DNA of 64,000 nucleotides, from NCBI GenBank assembly GCA_963823665.1, contig CAWGMQ010000008.1:1088001-1152000 (forward strand), given 5' to 3'. Source of the stretch: an uncultured Planctomycetota bacterium (GTDB lineage Bacteria; Planctomycetota; Planctomycetia; Isosphaerales; Isosphaeraceae). Below are positions 42,802 through 55,250 of this stretch, piece by piece; the stretch's first letter is position 1, and each line of letters opens with the position of its first letter. A program made the translations under genes and the position numbers. A model generated the notes under the pieces. The model saw nothing but the letters and a program-made list of their open reading frames with translations, was not told the origin of the DNA and did no database searches.

Positions 42802-42839
42802 TTGACGACGAGCCAAACCTACGCAATGATACGTACGCA
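42802..42839 (+). promoter_or_regulatory. Candidate sigma70 promoter (TTGACG-17-AATGAT) with repeated TACGCA sites upstream of the BlaI-like gene
   Basis: Sequence match and position; TACGCA at 42820 and 42834. Confidence 0.4.
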
Positions 42840-42874
42840 GTTGGTGGTAGGGGGAAAACACGGGGGGCGCAGAG

Positions 42875-43303
42875 ATGGCTGGACGGAAGGGCCTGGCGAT
42901 CACGGAGCGGCAGTTCGAGGTGCTTCGGGTGCTCTGGGGGCACGGGCCGCAGACGGTTCGCGGGTTGATGGTGCTTCTTCCCCGGGGAGACAGGCAGCCG
43001 TACACCACGGTGCTGGGGCTGTTGCAGGGGATGGAGAAGGCCGGGCTGGTCGATCATGAGAAAGACGGAATCACGCATCGCTATCGGCCTGTTGTCTCGC
43101 GTGAGGAAGGCACCGGCAACTTGCTCTCTGACTTCCTGGCGCGGTTCTTCCATGGATCGGCCGAGCAGTTGGTGCTTGGGCTGGTCGATGCGCAGGAACT
43201 GGCTCCTGATGACCTGCGGGCGATCGAGGCCAAGCTGGCGGATCAAGACTCGCGAGCAAATGGGACCAGGACTGCGCCTGCGAAAAAGAGGAAGGCGCGA
43301 TGA
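42875..43303 (+). CDS. BlaI/MecI/CopY family repressor
   Basis: EVLRVLW.HGP.TV, YTTVL.LL, RFFHGSAEQLV; ATGA overlap with the M56 gene. Confidence 0.93.
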   Translation: MAGRKGLAITERQFEVLRVLWGHGPQTVRGLMVLLPRGDRQPYTTVLGLLQGMEKAGLVDHEKDGITHRYRPVVSREEGTGNLLSDFLARFFHGSAEQLVLGLVDAQELAPDDLRAIEAKLADQDSRANGTRTAPAKKRKAR

Positions 43304-45951
43304 CACAATTCACTGACGACTGGGTCATTCCCTGGCTTGCGCTGCTTTGTGAATGGTCGATTCGCTGGGGCGTTCTGCTCGCGCTTCTCGCCGCGTGGTT
43401 CGCGGTGCATCCTCCGCGACGGGCCGCTGCACGCCATGTTCTCTGCTGGGCTGCTCTCGTGGCGGGGTTGCTGATTCCGGTTGCGCCGCGGTGGGGAGGA
43501 CTCCCGGTACCGAGGTGGAACATTGGAGCGCGGGAGGCAAGCGAGCCACCGATCCGAACTGTGAGCCTGCCGCAGATGCGGCAGGTTCAATCCGCTCGGC
43601 CCGCGATCGCGTCACAGGCATCTGATTTGTCGAACACTCCATTGCCGGTTGCTTCCGTTCATGCGACGTCAGTCTCGTTCAGTGGATTTCAGCTTGCGGC
43701 ACTGGCGATGGCTTCGGCGTGGGCATTCGGCGTCCTGATGTTGCTCATCCGTCTGGCCGGCGGCTGGCTGATGCTGGTGAGATTTAGCCGCGGGGCGGCC
43801 GAGATCGACGGGGAGTGTGACGCAATCTTCCTTGAGTGCACGGCAGCGATCGGGCTCTCTCGAGCCGTCCGGCTCGTCGCTCATCGTGCGATCGGCTCGC
43901 CGGTGGCATTTGGCTGCCTGGGTCCGCGAATCCTCGTACCGGCAGATTGGGCTAGCTGGCCTGAGGCACAGCGTCGCGCTTGTCTGCTCCATGAGCTGAC
44001 ACACCTCAAACGGCGGGATGACTGGTCCAAGCTGGCTCAGGAGCTGATTTCGGTTTTCTTCTTCTTCCATCCCCTGGTGCGCTGGCTGATCGCACGGCTC
44101 GACCGCGAACGCGAGTTGCTCTGCGACGAGGCGGTGGTTGCGCTGGGTACGGAGCCGGCGGGCTATGCTCGCATGCTGCTGGAAATGGCCAGACGGCCTG
44201 AACGAATCCTGGCGCTTCCCTCACGCGTTCCTTCCGCATTAATTCCCTTTGTAGGTCGCCGAACCGTCGCGATTCGCATCTCGCGACTGCTGGAGGATGA
44301 TATGTCGAATACGCTCTCTCGATCGTCGTTGTGTCGGTCGCTAATCCTGGGAGTTCTGGCGGCCATTGTTTCGCTCGCTGTGACGGGCGTTCGAATTCGC
44401 GCCGTGGAGCCGCAGGCGAGTGGGTCAATCGAAACGGGGGTTCTCACCCGCAAGATCGAGGGCCTGATCCTCGACCCCGATGGCAAACCGGCAGCCGACG
44501 CCACCGTGGTGGCGTGGATCGCCTATGCCGAGAAGAAGAGTCGCTCCGTGCTACGCAGCGATCAGAGCGGCAATTTCAGCTATTCGTTCCCCGATGGACC
44601 CGGCGTGATTCACTTCATTGCCTACAAGGAAGGTCTCGCACCCGGATTCCGGCAACAACCGATCGAAATGCTACACCAGGGCGATCGCCGTGACGGCAAA
44701 CTCGGTAGGATCAGCCGGTTCACAGCGATCGTCGTGGACAACGAGGGCAAGCCATTTCGTGATTCCAAGATCCGCGTCGAAGGGGTCGCGCATGTCAGTT
44801 CGAAGACGGACGGATCTCAGACCACGATCAGCTCGTCGTACGACTGGATCAGGCGCGAGATTCTCGCCGGAAGCCCGCTCGAGGGACTCCTTGAGACGAC
44901 AACCAACGCGGACGGCTCGTTCGTCTTCACGATGCTCGAGGAAGATTGCGGTCTCATGCTCGGCGCCGTCTCCGCTGACGGCCGCGGGTTTCGGATCAGG
45001 TCCAGGCGCCACTCGACGAATTCCGTCCACCGAGGAATTGAGCAAGAAGGATTCGTCATCGCGGAAGCCGGCGAAAAAGCTGAACTCGTCGCAATCCCTG
45101 AAGCTCGCGTCTCGGGCCGCGTCGTGACTTCACTCCCAGGCGTGCGCGTGGCGGGCCTGAAGGTGAGCTTCCAGTCCCCACACGTTTATCCCGGAATGAC
45201 CAATGTTTCGCCCGAGCACGTGTTGACCGACGCGGACGGACGGTTCAGCTTCACCGGTCTGAACGAAGGCTCGGTCAACATCTTCGTGGGGGGAAAGGGC
45301 GAAGAGGATTGGACCTATCGGGCAGCCAAGGACGTTCTTCTTACACCCGGTGAGACCTCACGCGTGACGATCGAGCTGATCCGAGGCGTCGTCGTCGAGG
45401 GAGCCGTCGTCGTCAAGGAGACCAATCAGCCGGCCCGAGGATTCACCGTCGGGGTCATCGGGCCGCTCCGTCCGAGCACGGGCGCGGCGACGACGAGGGT
45501 CAAGACCGACGGGCGCGGCCGCTACCGCGTGCGCCTGCCATCCGGCGAGACCGAGTTCTACGTCCCCGGTCCGGTGTTCGGAAAGATATCGCGCCTCACC
45601 ATTCCCATCCCCGAGGATCGCGCGACCTTCGAGATGCCCGTCATCTCCGTGGAGACCGACCCGACGATCCACGCAAAGGTGCTCGATGCCGATGGCCAGC
45701 CCTTCCCGGGTGCAACGGTTCTTGGCATCGACAAGAACGACGTGCTCGAGCCGTTTCTGGGCGCCGAGTACGTGACAGACGTTCGCGGCCGGTTCGTCCT
45801 GCCGAGTGAAGTGTACAAGCGAGCGGCAACCGGCAACCAAACCCGGCTCCGCATCCGCCTGCCCGACGGCGCCGAGCAAACCGCCATCATCTCCTTCGAA
45901 CCGGACAACTCGGTAGTTGTCCGGCTTGACCGAAGTCGCCAAGATCTCTAG
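43300..45951 (+). CDS. BlaR1-like M56 peptidase with carboxypeptidase-regulatory-like repeats
   Basis: LLHELTHLKRRD, FFFHPLV, ERELLCDE; beta-sandwich repeats C-terminally. Confidence 0.92.
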   Translation: MTQFTDDWVIPWLALLCEWSIRWGVLLALLAAWFAVHPPRRAAARHVLCWAALVAGLLIPVAPRWGGLPVPRWNIGAREASEPPIRTVSLPQMRQVQSARPAIASQASDLSNTPLPVASVHATSVSFSGFQLAALAMASAWAFGVLMLLIRLAGGWLMLVRFSRGAAEIDGECDAIFLECTAAIGLSRAVRLVAHRAIGSPVAFGCLGPRILVPADWASWPEAQRRACLLHELTHLKRRDDWSKLAQELISVFFFFHPLVRWLIARLDRERELLCDEAVVALGTEPAGYARMLLEMARRPERILALPSRVPSALIPFVGRRTVAIRISRLLEDDMSNTLSRSSLCRSLILGVLAAIVSLAVTGVRIRAVEPQASGSIETGVLTRKIEGLILDPDGKPAADATVVAWIAYAEKKSRSVLRSDQSGNFSYSFPDGPGVIHFIAYKEGLAPGFRQQPIEMLHQGDRRDGKLGRISRFTAIVVDNEGKPFRDSKIRVEGVAHVSSKTDGSQTTISSSYDWIRREILAGSPLEGLLETTTNADGSFVFTMLEEDCGLMLGAVSADGRGFRIRSRRHSTNSVHRGIEQEGFVIAEAGEKAELVAIPEARVSGRVVTSLPGVRVAGLKVSFQSPHVYPGMTNVSPEHVLTDADGRFSFTGLNEGSVNIFVGGKGEEDWTYRAAKDVLLTPGETSRVTIELIRGVVVEGAVVVKETNQPARGFTVGVIGPLRPSTGAATTRVKTDGRGRYRVRLPSGETEFYVPGPVFGKISRLTIPIPEDRATFEMPVISVETDPTIHAKVLDADGQPFPGATVLGIDKNDVLEPFLGAEYVTDVRGRFVLPSEVYKRAATGNQTRLRIRLPDGAEQTAIISFEPDNSVVVRLDRSRQDL

Positions 45952-46091
45952 GGGAAATCCTTGCCCGATGGCCGATTGAGGGGGTACAGTTGGCAACAGA
46001 GACTTTGTCTCGGATGGCGCGCGAATTCGAGTTGCGCGGTTTGGGTTCGGATCGAGGCAATCCACTCGCACCCGGGGAGGCGTAATCGATC

Positions 46092-46805
46092 GTGGCTACG
46101 GTGTCAACCGGCTCGGTGCTGCTGGGGGATGAAAACGGGATGCCACCGCTTGAGGCGGGCGACCGGCTGACTCGCGCCGAGTTCGAGCGGCGGTACCTTG
46201 CAGCGCCGCAGGTAAAGAAGGCGGAGCTGCTCGAAGGGGTCGTCTACATGCCCTCACCGGTCCGGCTGCGCCGCCACGGACGCCCACACGCCCACTTGCT
46301 TGCCTGGCTGGTGCTGTACGAGGCGGGCACCATAGACGTATACGTGGGAGATAACGCCAGTACGCGCCTGGACCTGGACAACGAGCCCCAGCCGGACGCG
46401 ATCCTGCTTCTGGACCCGCTCAAGGGCGGTCAGGCTCGCATCGGGCCTGACGACTACGTCGAAGGCGCACCCGAGCTCGTCGCCGAGATCGCGTCGAGCA
46501 GCGTCAGCTATGATCTCGACGTGAAATTGAAGGTCTATCGCCGAAGCGGTGTGAAGGAGTACATCGTCTGGCGCGTCCTGGATCGCCAGATCGACTGGTT
46601 CTGCCTCAGAGACGGACAGTACGAACGAATGTCGCTGGATGATGCAGGCCTCTACAAGAGTGAGGTCTTTCCCGGCCTGTGGCTCGACGCGGCGGCCTTG
46701 GTGCAAGGCGATATCAAGACCGTCGTCGCCGCGCTCAATCGCGGTCTGGAAAGCGTCGAGCACGCCGGCTTCCTCGCCCGTTTGCAGTCACCCACCGGCG
46801 AGTGA
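46092..46805 (+). CDS. Uma2 family (DUF820) endonuclease-like protein
   Basis: KAELLEGVVYM, EPQPD, PELVAEIASSS, K..YRRSGVKEY. Confidence 0.92.
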   Translation: MATVSTGSVLLGDENGMPPLEAGDRLTRAEFERRYLAAPQVKKAELLEGVVYMPSPVRLRRHGRPHAHLLAWLVLYEAGTIDVYVGDNASTRLDLDNEPQPDAILLLDPLKGGQARIGPDDYVEGAPELVAEIASSSVSYDLDVKLKVYRRSGVKEYIVWRVLDRQIDWFCLRDGQYERMSLDDAGLYKSEVFPGLWLDAAALVQGDIKTVVAALNRGLESVEHAGFLARLQSPTGE

Positions 46806-46819
46806 CCGTCTCGAGTATC

Positions 46820-47931
46820 ATGCGCGAGCTCACTGCCCAGAACGCCGCCGAGTATCTCCGGGATTCCGGGCGAGTTCCTGGTGGCTTATCGATCAAGGTC
46901 CGTGAGCTGACTGGCGGCGTGTCCAATATCGTGCTCGCGCGGATATCTCCGGGCGCCCGCCGATCGTGATCAAACAATGCCGCGAGCGGCTGCGCGTGGC
47001 CATGGAATGGCACGCACGGCTGGAACGCATCTGGACCGAGCAGGCGGCGATGGAGCGGCTGGGTGCCATTCTGCCCGCGGGCACTGTTCCGCTCGTCGTA
47101 TTCGAAGACCGACCGAATTACCTTTTCGCCATGACATGCGCCCCAGACGATGCGGTCACCTGGAAGTCGCAGTTGATGGGCGGAACGCTTGATCCGGAAA
47201 TCGCCGTTCGATTGGGGATCATCCTGGCCATGATCCACGACAAGGCTCCGGGGCAACCGTCACTCACGGCGCAACTTTCGCGGAGCGAAAGGCGACAATG
47301 GACAATCCACGACACGGCTGCGGCGGGACCGTCACTCACGGGCATCCTCGCCGACACAAGCCTCTTCGACGAGCTTCGGGTCGACCCTTACTATCGGACC
47401 ATCGCGCGGGCGCATCGCCGATTTGAAACCACAGATTGATGCACTGATCGCCGCGATGGATCGGCCGGTTAAGGAGCGGACACTGGTGCTCGGGCGACTT
47501 CAGCCCCAAGAACATCCTGGTGCATCAACACGGGCTCATTTTGCTTGATTTCGAATGTGCCCATGCGGGCGACGCGGCATTCGACCTGGGGTTCTTTCTC
47601 ACGCATCTTCTGCTCAAGCGAATTCGTGCCGAGGCGATCGACCACCGACTGGCGCCGGAGATATACGGGCTCGCGACCACGTTCCTGGACACGTACCTGG
47701 ATCGACGCGTCATGGACGCAACGGCGCGCGCCGATTTGACGCATCGCAGCCATCGTGCATACGGCGGCTTGCTGCCTGGCCCGCGTGGATGGCAAGAGCC
47801 CAGTGGAATATCTCGACGTAGCGGGCCCAGGCCACGGCGCGTGCATTCGCCCGGGAGTCTCTTCGCACCGAGCCACGGACATGGGATGCTTTACTCGAGC
47901 AGCTCGACGAGGCAATCAAGAGGACGAACGC
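46820..47931 (+). CDS. APH / methylthioribose-kinase-like phosphotransferase (several frameshifts; 3' end approximate)
   Basis: LTGGVSN, VIKQ...LRV...W, LRVDPYY, LGDFSPKNIL, LLDFE.AH.GD.AFDLGF, LARVDGKSPVEYL in successive frames. Confidence 0.85.
47233..47341 (+). repeat. Intragenic REP-like hairpin flanked by a 37-bp imperfect direct repeat
   Basis: 47233-47269 vs 47305-47341 match at 32/37 by my count; between them CTTTCGC-GGA-GCGAAAG; period 72 nt. Confidence 0.75.
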
Positions 47932-49280
<1,349 letters not shown>

Positions 49281-49318
49281 CTCAGCCTGCTGTTCGGCAC
49301 TACTGGGCGATGAACGAC

Positions 49319-49457
49319 GTGGGTCAGGCTTTCAGGCTGACAGAGTGCGGAAGTCGGTTTTCCAAACGGTCAGCTTTGCGGCGCAATGAGTGAGAGAATC
49401 GTCAGGCTAAAGCCTGACCTACTTTGGCCAAAATCGTCAGGCTGAAGCCTGACCTAC
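49319..49457. repeat. Three GTAG-family REP palindromes (GTAGGTCAGGCT.NAGCCTGAC)
   Basis: Copies at 49319-49341 (opposite orientation, degenerate), 49401-49422 and 49436-49457. Confidence 0.85.
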
Positions 49458-49470
49458 TCGGGAGCTCGTC

Positions 49471-51294
49471 ATGGACGCGAGTGCATCCGCTGGTTACCTC
49501 CGCGACATGCACACCCTGTTTGACGCGGGCACGGTCAGCGGATTAACCGACCGGCAGCTCTTGCAGCGGTTCACGGGCGAGCGAGGCGCATCGGGTGACG
49601 CGGCATTTGAAGCGCTCGTGCTGCGGCACGGGCCGATGGTCATGCGGGTTTGCCGCAACGCGCTCGGGCAGGAACAAGCCGATCTCCACGACGCATTTCA
49701 GGCGACGTTTCTCGTGCTCGTTCGAAAGTGCAATTCGATTCGCAGGCTGGACTCGGTGGGAAGCTGGCTTTTCGGGGTGGCGACGCGGGTGGCTCGCCGC
49801 GCTCGAGTGGAAGCGGCTCGGCGACGCTCGGCCGAACTCCGGGGTGGGCTGCGAATCGCGGTGACCGCCGATCGTGGGGGTGATTCTACCGACATCCACG
49901 ACCTCGGGCCGCTGTTACAGGCTGAGGTCGAGCGGCTGCCGGAGCGGCTTCGGGCCGTGGTGATCTTGTGTTACTGGGAGGGGCTCACGCACGAGCAAGC
50001 GGCGGCGCGGCTCGGTTGCCCGCTGGGCACGGTGCGCAGCCGGGTGGCGCGGGCTCGTGGGTTGCTCCAACGCCGGCTTTCGCGGCGAGGACTCGAACCG
50101 GTGGCCGGAGTGATGCTCGCGGTCTTTGACTCGCCGGCTTTCTTGAAGGCGACTGCACTCGAGATTCCCGGCTCACTCGTCAACTCGACTGTCCAGATCG
50201 GCACGCAGGCCGCGACGGGCGCCTCGCTTGCACAGCTTACGTCACCTTTCATTGCGTCTCTGGTCCGAAACATTATCGGGAGCATGTTCATGACGAACGT
50301 GAAGACGATCGCTGCGTGTCTGTTGTTGATTGGTGCGGGTGCTTATGGTCTCACCCTTGCCGCACCCCAGGCCCAGCGCACCTCGCGGCCGAGACCGACA
50401 TCAGATGGCCCGCGGCGCCCCGCCGCCGGGAAATCCAAAGCTCAGCCCGCGCTGGAAGCTCTCGGCGACTATGTGGTTGAGCCTCCCGACACCTTGCTGA
50501 TCGAAGTCCTGGAAGCGCTGTCGGGACGGCCCATCTCGGGCGAGCGCCTGGTGCGGCCGGACGGCAAGATCTCGCTTGGATTCTACGGGGAGATCTATGT
50601 TGCAGGCCTGACGCTGGCGGAAATCAAAGAGAAGGTCATTCTTCACCTCAAACAATTCATCGGCCCACAAAAACTGGGGTTGGTCGCTCCACCATCGGAG
50701 GTCCGTGAGGGCGAGTTCAATTCCAGGATGGAAGCGGGGAAGCCCATCGCCCCGCGGGATTCGAACCTAGTGTTCGTTGAATTGGCGAAGTCCAACAGCA
50801 AGTTTTATTACCTTCAAGGGGCGTTTGTCATACCCGGCCGCGTGCCGGTGACGGGACGGGAGCGGATTCTCGACGCCGTCAACAAGGCGGGAGGTCTCGC
50901 TCCCGAGGCAGACAGCAATCAGGTCTTCCTTTACCGCGTGGGCTCGAACGAAGGGCGCCTCAAGACACTGAAAATCGACATCGATCAGATCACCTTGGGC
51001 GATGACCTGTCGACGAACTACCAGCTCATCCCCGGTGACCGGTTGGTCGTCCGACGGCGAGCAGGCAGCCTTCCGGAAACGGAAGAGAAGCTGGCGGAGC
51101 CGTCGGAGGAGGTCGCACCGCAGCCGTCTCGTCCTGACGGCGATTCCGACCGGCCGCAAGCGACGGACGACTCAGCGAGCAAAGCCGCGCCGGGCGGTGT
51201 CATCGAAACCCTGCACCGATTTGACAAGCGATTGGGCGAAGTCGAGCGCAAGCTCGGTTTGATTCTCGAGGCACTTGGATCCACGCGGCGTTAA
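49471..51294 (+). CDS. ECF sigma factor - TM - Poly_export/SLBB (Wza-like) fusion, copy 1
   Basis: Sigma2/sigma4 motifs; [35 protein letters not shown]...AGGL, NYQL.PGDRLVV. Confidence 0.92.
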   Translation: MDASASAGYLRDMHTLFDAGTVSGLTDRQLLQRFTGERGASGDAAFEALVLRHGPMVMRVCRNALGQEQADLHDAFQATFLVLVRKCNSIRRLDSVGSWLFGVATRVARRARVEAARRRSAELRGGLRIAVTADRGGDSTDIHDLGPLLQAEVERLPERLRAVVILCYWEGLTHEQAAARLGCPLGTVRSRVARARGLLQRRLSRRGLEPVAGVMLAVFDSPAFLKATALEIPGSLVNSTVQIGTQAATGASLAQLTSPFIASLVRNIIGSMFMTNVKTIAACLLLIGAGAYGLTLAAPQAQRTSRPRPTSDGPRRPAAGKSKAQPALEALGDYVVEPPDTLLIEVLEALSGRPISGERLVRPDGKISLGFYGEIYVAGLTLAEIKEKVILHLKQFIGPQKLGLVAPPSEVREGEFNSRMEAGKPIAPRDSNLVFVELAKSNSKFYYLQGAFVIPGRVPVTGRERILDAVNKAGGLAPEADSNQVFLYRVGSNEGRLKTLKIDIDQITLGDDLSTNYQLIPGDRLVVRRRAGSLPETEEKLAEPSEEVAPQPSRPDGDSDRPQATDDSASKAAPGGVIETLHRFDKRLGEVERKLGLILEALGSTRR

Positions 51295-51325
51295 CCACGG
51301 GCGAAGCGCGGAGAAGGAGCGAGCG

Positions 51326-53272
51326 ATGCCGGGAACTGCACCAACTGACTACCTCCGCGACATGCACACGCTCTTCGACGCGGGCACAGTCAGCGGACTA
51401 ACCGACCGCCAGCTCTTGCAGCGGTTCACGGGCGAGCGAGGCCCGTCGGCTGAGGCGGCCTTTGAAGCGCTCGTGCTCCGGCATGGGCCGATGGTCATGC
51501 GGGTTTGCCGCAACGCATTGGGACAGGAGCAGGCGGAAATCCAGGATGCGTTCCAGGCGACGTTTCTCGTGCTCGTCCGAAAGTGCAAGTCGATTCGCCG
51601 GCTGGACTCGGTGGGGAGCTGGCTCTTCGGGGTGGCGACGCGGGTGGCTCGCCGCGCTCGGGTGGAAGCGGCCCGGCGGCGCTCGGCCGAACTTCAGGGC
51701 GGGCTGCGAATCGCGGCGACCGCTGATCGTGGGAGTGATTGCACCGACATCCAGGATCTCGGGCCGCTGTTACAGGCCGAGGTCGAGCGGCTGCCGGAAC
51801 GCCTTCGAGCCGTGGTGATTTTGTGCTACTGGGAGGGCCTCACGCACGAGCAAGCGGCGGCGCGGCTGGGCTGCCCACTGGGTACGGTGCGCAGCCGGGT
51901 GGCGCGTGCTCGCGGTCTGCTTCATCGCCGGCTCTCGCGGCAGGGACTCGAGCCGGTGGCCGGCGTGATGCTCGCGGCGATTGACTCGCCGGCGTTCTTG
52001 AAGGCGGGAGCTTTGGAGATTCCCGGCTCACTCGTCAGCTCGACTGTCCTGATCGCGAAGCAGGCGGCGGCTGGGGCCTCGCTCGCACAGCTCACGTCAC
52101 CTTCCATTGCGTCTCTAGTCCAAAAAGTCATTGGGAGCATGTTCATGACGAAAGTGAAGTCGATCGTTGCGTGTTTCTTGTTGATCGGTGCGGGTGCTTA
52201 TGGGCTCACGCTGGCGGCGCCCCAGGCCCAGCAGCGCACCCGGAGGGCGGCACCGGCGTCCGACGCCTCGCGGCGGCCGGCAGCCGTGAAATCGAAGGCT
52301 CAGCCCCCGCTTCGCGTGATGAGCGAGTACGTTGTCGAGCCACCAGACCTCCTGTTGGTTGAGGTGCTGGAAGCGCTGCCGGGTCGGCCCATTTCGGGCG
52401 AGCGCCTGGTGCGGCCGGACGGCAAGATCTCACTCGGGTTTTACGGCGATGTGTACGTCGCTGGTCTGAGCGTACCGCAAGTCAAGGAGAAGATCATTCT
52501 GCATCTCAGAAAATACCTGCCGGATTCGCAACTGGGCCTGGTTGTCGAGGATGAGGCAGAAGAGGAGGCGCCTGCGGTGGCGGCGCCATCCGAGCGAACG
52601 AACCCTTTTGAGCAGAGCCCTCCGCCACAGTCGAAATCCGAAAAAAGGAAATCCACGGATCCGACTCCGCCCGTCCCGTCCAGCGAGCGCAAGACCCGCA
52701 TCGAACCGAAGGATAGCGACCGCGTCTTCGTCGATGTCACGGCCTACAACAGCAAGGTTTACTATACTCAGGGGGAGGTATTCACGACCGGACGCCTTCC
52801 CATCACGGGACGAGAGAGAGTACTCGACGCGATCGATTTTGCCGGCGGCTTGACGCCGGATGCCGACCACGAGCAAGTCTTCCTCTACAGACAGCCTGCC
52901 GACGGAGGTCCGGTACACACCTTGAAGATCGACATCGACGAGATCATGCTCGGGGATGACGTTTCGACCAATTATCAGCTCGATCCCGGAGACCGGCTGG
53001 TCGTTCGGAGACGTGAGAATCCCGTTCGTGAACAGCAAGGATCCGCGCCGCGACCATCGACGACCACTTCGCGGCCGATCGGCGAACAGCTCCACTTCAA
53101 CCGCGAGACAGATACCTTGGACAAACCGGCGGGGCCAGAGCCGAGACGACTGGATAGCCGTGGAGAGAACCCTGCGTTACTTCGGCTCGAGAGACGAATG
53201 ACGGATCTCGAGCAGAAGCTCGATCGGAAGCTGGACCTGATCCTGGAGGCGATTGGGAAACCGGCGCGTTAG
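51326..53272 (+). CDS. ECF sigma factor - TM - Poly_export/SLBB fusion, copy 2
   Basis: AAGGAG SD before MPGT; same architecture as copy 1. Confidence 0.92.
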   Translation: MPGTAPTDYLRDMHTLFDAGTVSGLTDRQLLQRFTGERGPSAEAAFEALVLRHGPMVMRVCRNALGQEQAEIQDAFQATFLVLVRKCKSIRRLDSVGSWLFGVATRVARRARVEAARRRSAELQGGLRIAATADRGSDCTDIQDLGPLLQAEVERLPERLRAVVILCYWEGLTHEQAAARLGCPLGTVRSRVARARGLLHRRLSRQGLEPVAGVMLAAIDSPAFLKAGALEIPGSLVSSTVLIAKQAAAGASLAQLTSPSIASLVQKVIGSMFMTKVKSIVACFLLIGAGAYGLTLAAPQAQQRTRRAAPASDASRRPAAVKSKAQPPLRVMSEYVVEPPDLLLVEVLEALPGRPISGERLVRPDGKISLGFYGDVYVAGLSVPQVKEKIILHLRKYLPDSQLGLVVEDEAEEEAPAVAAPSERTNPFEQSPPPQSKSEKRKSTDPTPPVPSSERKTRIEPKDSDRVFVDVTAYNSKVYYTQGEVFTTGRLPITGRERVLDAIDFAGGLTPDADHEQVFLYRQPADGGPVHTLKIDIDEIMLGDDVSTNYQLDPGDRLVVRRRENPVREQQGSAPRPSTTTSRPIGEQLHFNRETDTLDKPAGPEPRRLDSRGENPALLRLERRMTDLEQKLDRKLDLILEAIGKPAR

Positions 53273-53347
53273 GTTGTCTTTCGCGGGTCACTGCGGAAGT
53301 TGGGTTGCTTGAGGGTCAGCTTTGCGACGCGGCAGAATGAGAAAATC

Positions 53348-53369
53348 GTCAGGCTAAAGCCTGACCTAC
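53348..53369. repeat. GTAG-family REP palindrome
   Basis: GTCAGGCTAAAGCCTGACCTAC, identical to 49401-49422. Confidence 0.85.
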
Positions 53370-53381
53370 TGGGAACTCCTG

Positions 53382-55205
53382 ATGAACGCCAGCGCATCCG
53401 GCGGCTACCTCCGCGACATGCACACGCTTTTCGATGGGGGCACGGTTAGCGGATTATCGGACCGGCAGCTCTTGCAGCGGTTCACGGGCGAGCAAGGCGC
53501 ATCGGCTGAGGCGGCCTTTGAAGCGCTCGTGCTGCGGCACGGGCCGATGGTGATGCGGGTTTGCCGCAATGCACTGGGGCAGGAGCAGGCGGAAATCCAT
53601 GATGCGTTCCAGGCGACTTTTCTCGTGCTCGTTCGAAAGTGCAAGTCGATTCGGCGGCTAGACTCGGTGGGGAGCTGGCTCTTCGGGGTCGCGACGCGTG
53701 TGGCTCGCCGCGCTCGGGTGGAAGCGGCTCGGCGGCGCTCGGCCGAACTCCGGGGTGGGCTGCGCATCGCGGCAACTGCTGAACATAGGAGTGATCATCC
53801 CTCCGACATCCAGGATCTCGGGCCGCTGTTACAGGCTGAGGTCGAGCGGCTGCCGGACCGGCTTCGGGCCGTCGTGATACTGTGCTACTGGGAGGGACTC
53901 ACGCACGAGCAAGCGGCGGCGCGGCTGGGCTGCCCGCTGGGGACGGTGCGCAGCCGGGTGGCGCGGGCTCGGGGCGTGCTCCATCGCCGGCTTTCGCGGC
54001 GGGGACTCGAGCCGGTGGCCGGTGTGATGCTTGCGGCGTTTGAGTCGCCGGCCTTTTTGAAGGCGGGTGCGCTGGAGATTCCCGCTGCGCTCGTCAACTC
54101 GACCGTCCAGATCGCCGAGCAGGCGGCCGGCGGGTCGCTCGCTCAACTCGCCTCTCCGTCGATCATCGCCCTCGTGCGGAAAGTCATCGGGAGCATGTTC
54201 ATGGCAAAATTGAGAACGGTTGCTTTTTCCATGTTGCTGATCGGGGCAGGGGCATATGGGCTCACGCTGGCCGTGGCCCAGATCGAGGGCATGCGCAGGA
54301 GCCGGCGCGATCCCGCATTCATGTTTACGTCCGCGAACTCGAAAGCTCAGCCGCCGTGGAAGGTGATCGATGAATACGTGGTCGATCCGCCTGACCTCAT
54401 ACTCGTCGAGCTGCTCGAAGGCCTTCCCGGCCGCCCAATTTCGGGCGAGCGGCTGGTGCGACCCGACGGCAAGATCTCTCTGGGGTGGTACGGCGATGTC
54501 TACGTTGCCGGTCTCACCGTGTTGCAAATCAAGGAAAAGATCGTCCTTCACCTTCGCAAGTTCCTGCACGACGAACAACTGGGCCTGATCAAGGCGGACG
54601 ATGAGACCGGAGAGTTGATGACAGATGCCAACGGTGAGCCCATCCTCCTCGATCCCAAGGAATCCGACCGCGTGTTTGTGGATGTGACAGCCTATAACAG
54701 CAAGAACTACTACGTGCAGGGAGAATTCGCGACGCTGGGAAAACTGCCGATCACGGGACAGGAGCGAGTGCTCGACGCCATCAGTTATTCGAACGGCCTG
54801 ACCTCAAGCGCTGACCACGACCAAGTCTTCCTGTACCGACAGCCTGCCGATGGCGGGCCGGCGCAAACCTTGAAGATCGATGTTGACCAGATCATGCTCG
54901 GTGACGACCTTTCCACCAACTATCAGCTTCTACCCGGCGACAGGCTGGTGGCGCGGACTCGCGGGGGCGACACGCGTGAACCTGAACACCCGGCGCCGCG
55001 AAAATCGCCCCTCGAATCGAAGGCCGCGCCTGACTCTGACCCGATACGGCGTTCAGACACTTCAGGAAAACCAGCAACACCGGACGCCGGTAGACCGCCA
55101 AGAGGTTCAGAGAGCCCTCCGCTCCTGCGTCTCGAGAAGCGCGTCGCGGACATGGAGCGAAAGCTAGACCAGATTCTCGAGTCGCTGCGTGCCCAGGCTC
55201 ATTGA
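53382..55205 (+). CDS. ECF sigma factor - TM - Poly_export/SLBB fusion, copy 3
   Basis: Same architecture as copies 1 and 2. Confidence 0.92.
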   Translation: MNASASGGYLRDMHTLFDGGTVSGLSDRQLLQRFTGEQGASAEAAFEALVLRHGPMVMRVCRNALGQEQAEIHDAFQATFLVLVRKCKSIRRLDSVGSWLFGVATRVARRARVEAARRRSAELRGGLRIAATAEHRSDHPSDIQDLGPLLQAEVERLPDRLRAVVILCYWEGLTHEQAAARLGCPLGTVRSRVARARGVLHRRLSRRGLEPVAGVMLAAFESPAFLKAGALEIPAALVNSTVQIAEQAAGGSLAQLASPSIIALVRKVIGSMFMAKLRTVAFSMLLIGAGAYGLTLAVAQIEGMRRSRRDPAFMFTSANSKAQPPWKVIDEYVVDPPDLILVELLEGLPGRPISGERLVRPDGKISLGWYGDVYVAGLTVLQIKEKIVLHLRKFLHDEQLGLIKADDETGELMTDANGEPILLDPKESDRVFVDVTAYNSKNYYVQGEFATLGKLPITGQERVLDAISYSNGLTSSADHDQVFLYRQPADGGPAQTLKIDVDQIMLGDDLSTNYQLLPGDRLVARTRGGDTREPEHPAPRKSPLESKAAPDSDPIRRSDTSGKPATPDAGRPPRGSESPPLLRLEKRVADMERKLDQILESLRAQAH

Positions 55206-55250
55206 CCCAGAACGTGTGCAGCAGACGGAACTGAATCGTTTGACGGGAAT

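Noticed and set aside
46092..46805. Uma2 genes (also 57503-58126) as a restriction or defence system
   Set aside because: They are solitary, with no methyltransferase or partner genes, and the family is commonly expanded in such genomes
49319..49457. Possible mini-CRISPR or IS ends
   Set aside because: Mixed orientation, irregular spacing and GTAG-tailed palindromes fit REP elements; no transposase is present
49471..55205. Triplication as an assembly artefact
   Set aside because: The copies differ by many substitutions and in-frame indels, and all keep open frames
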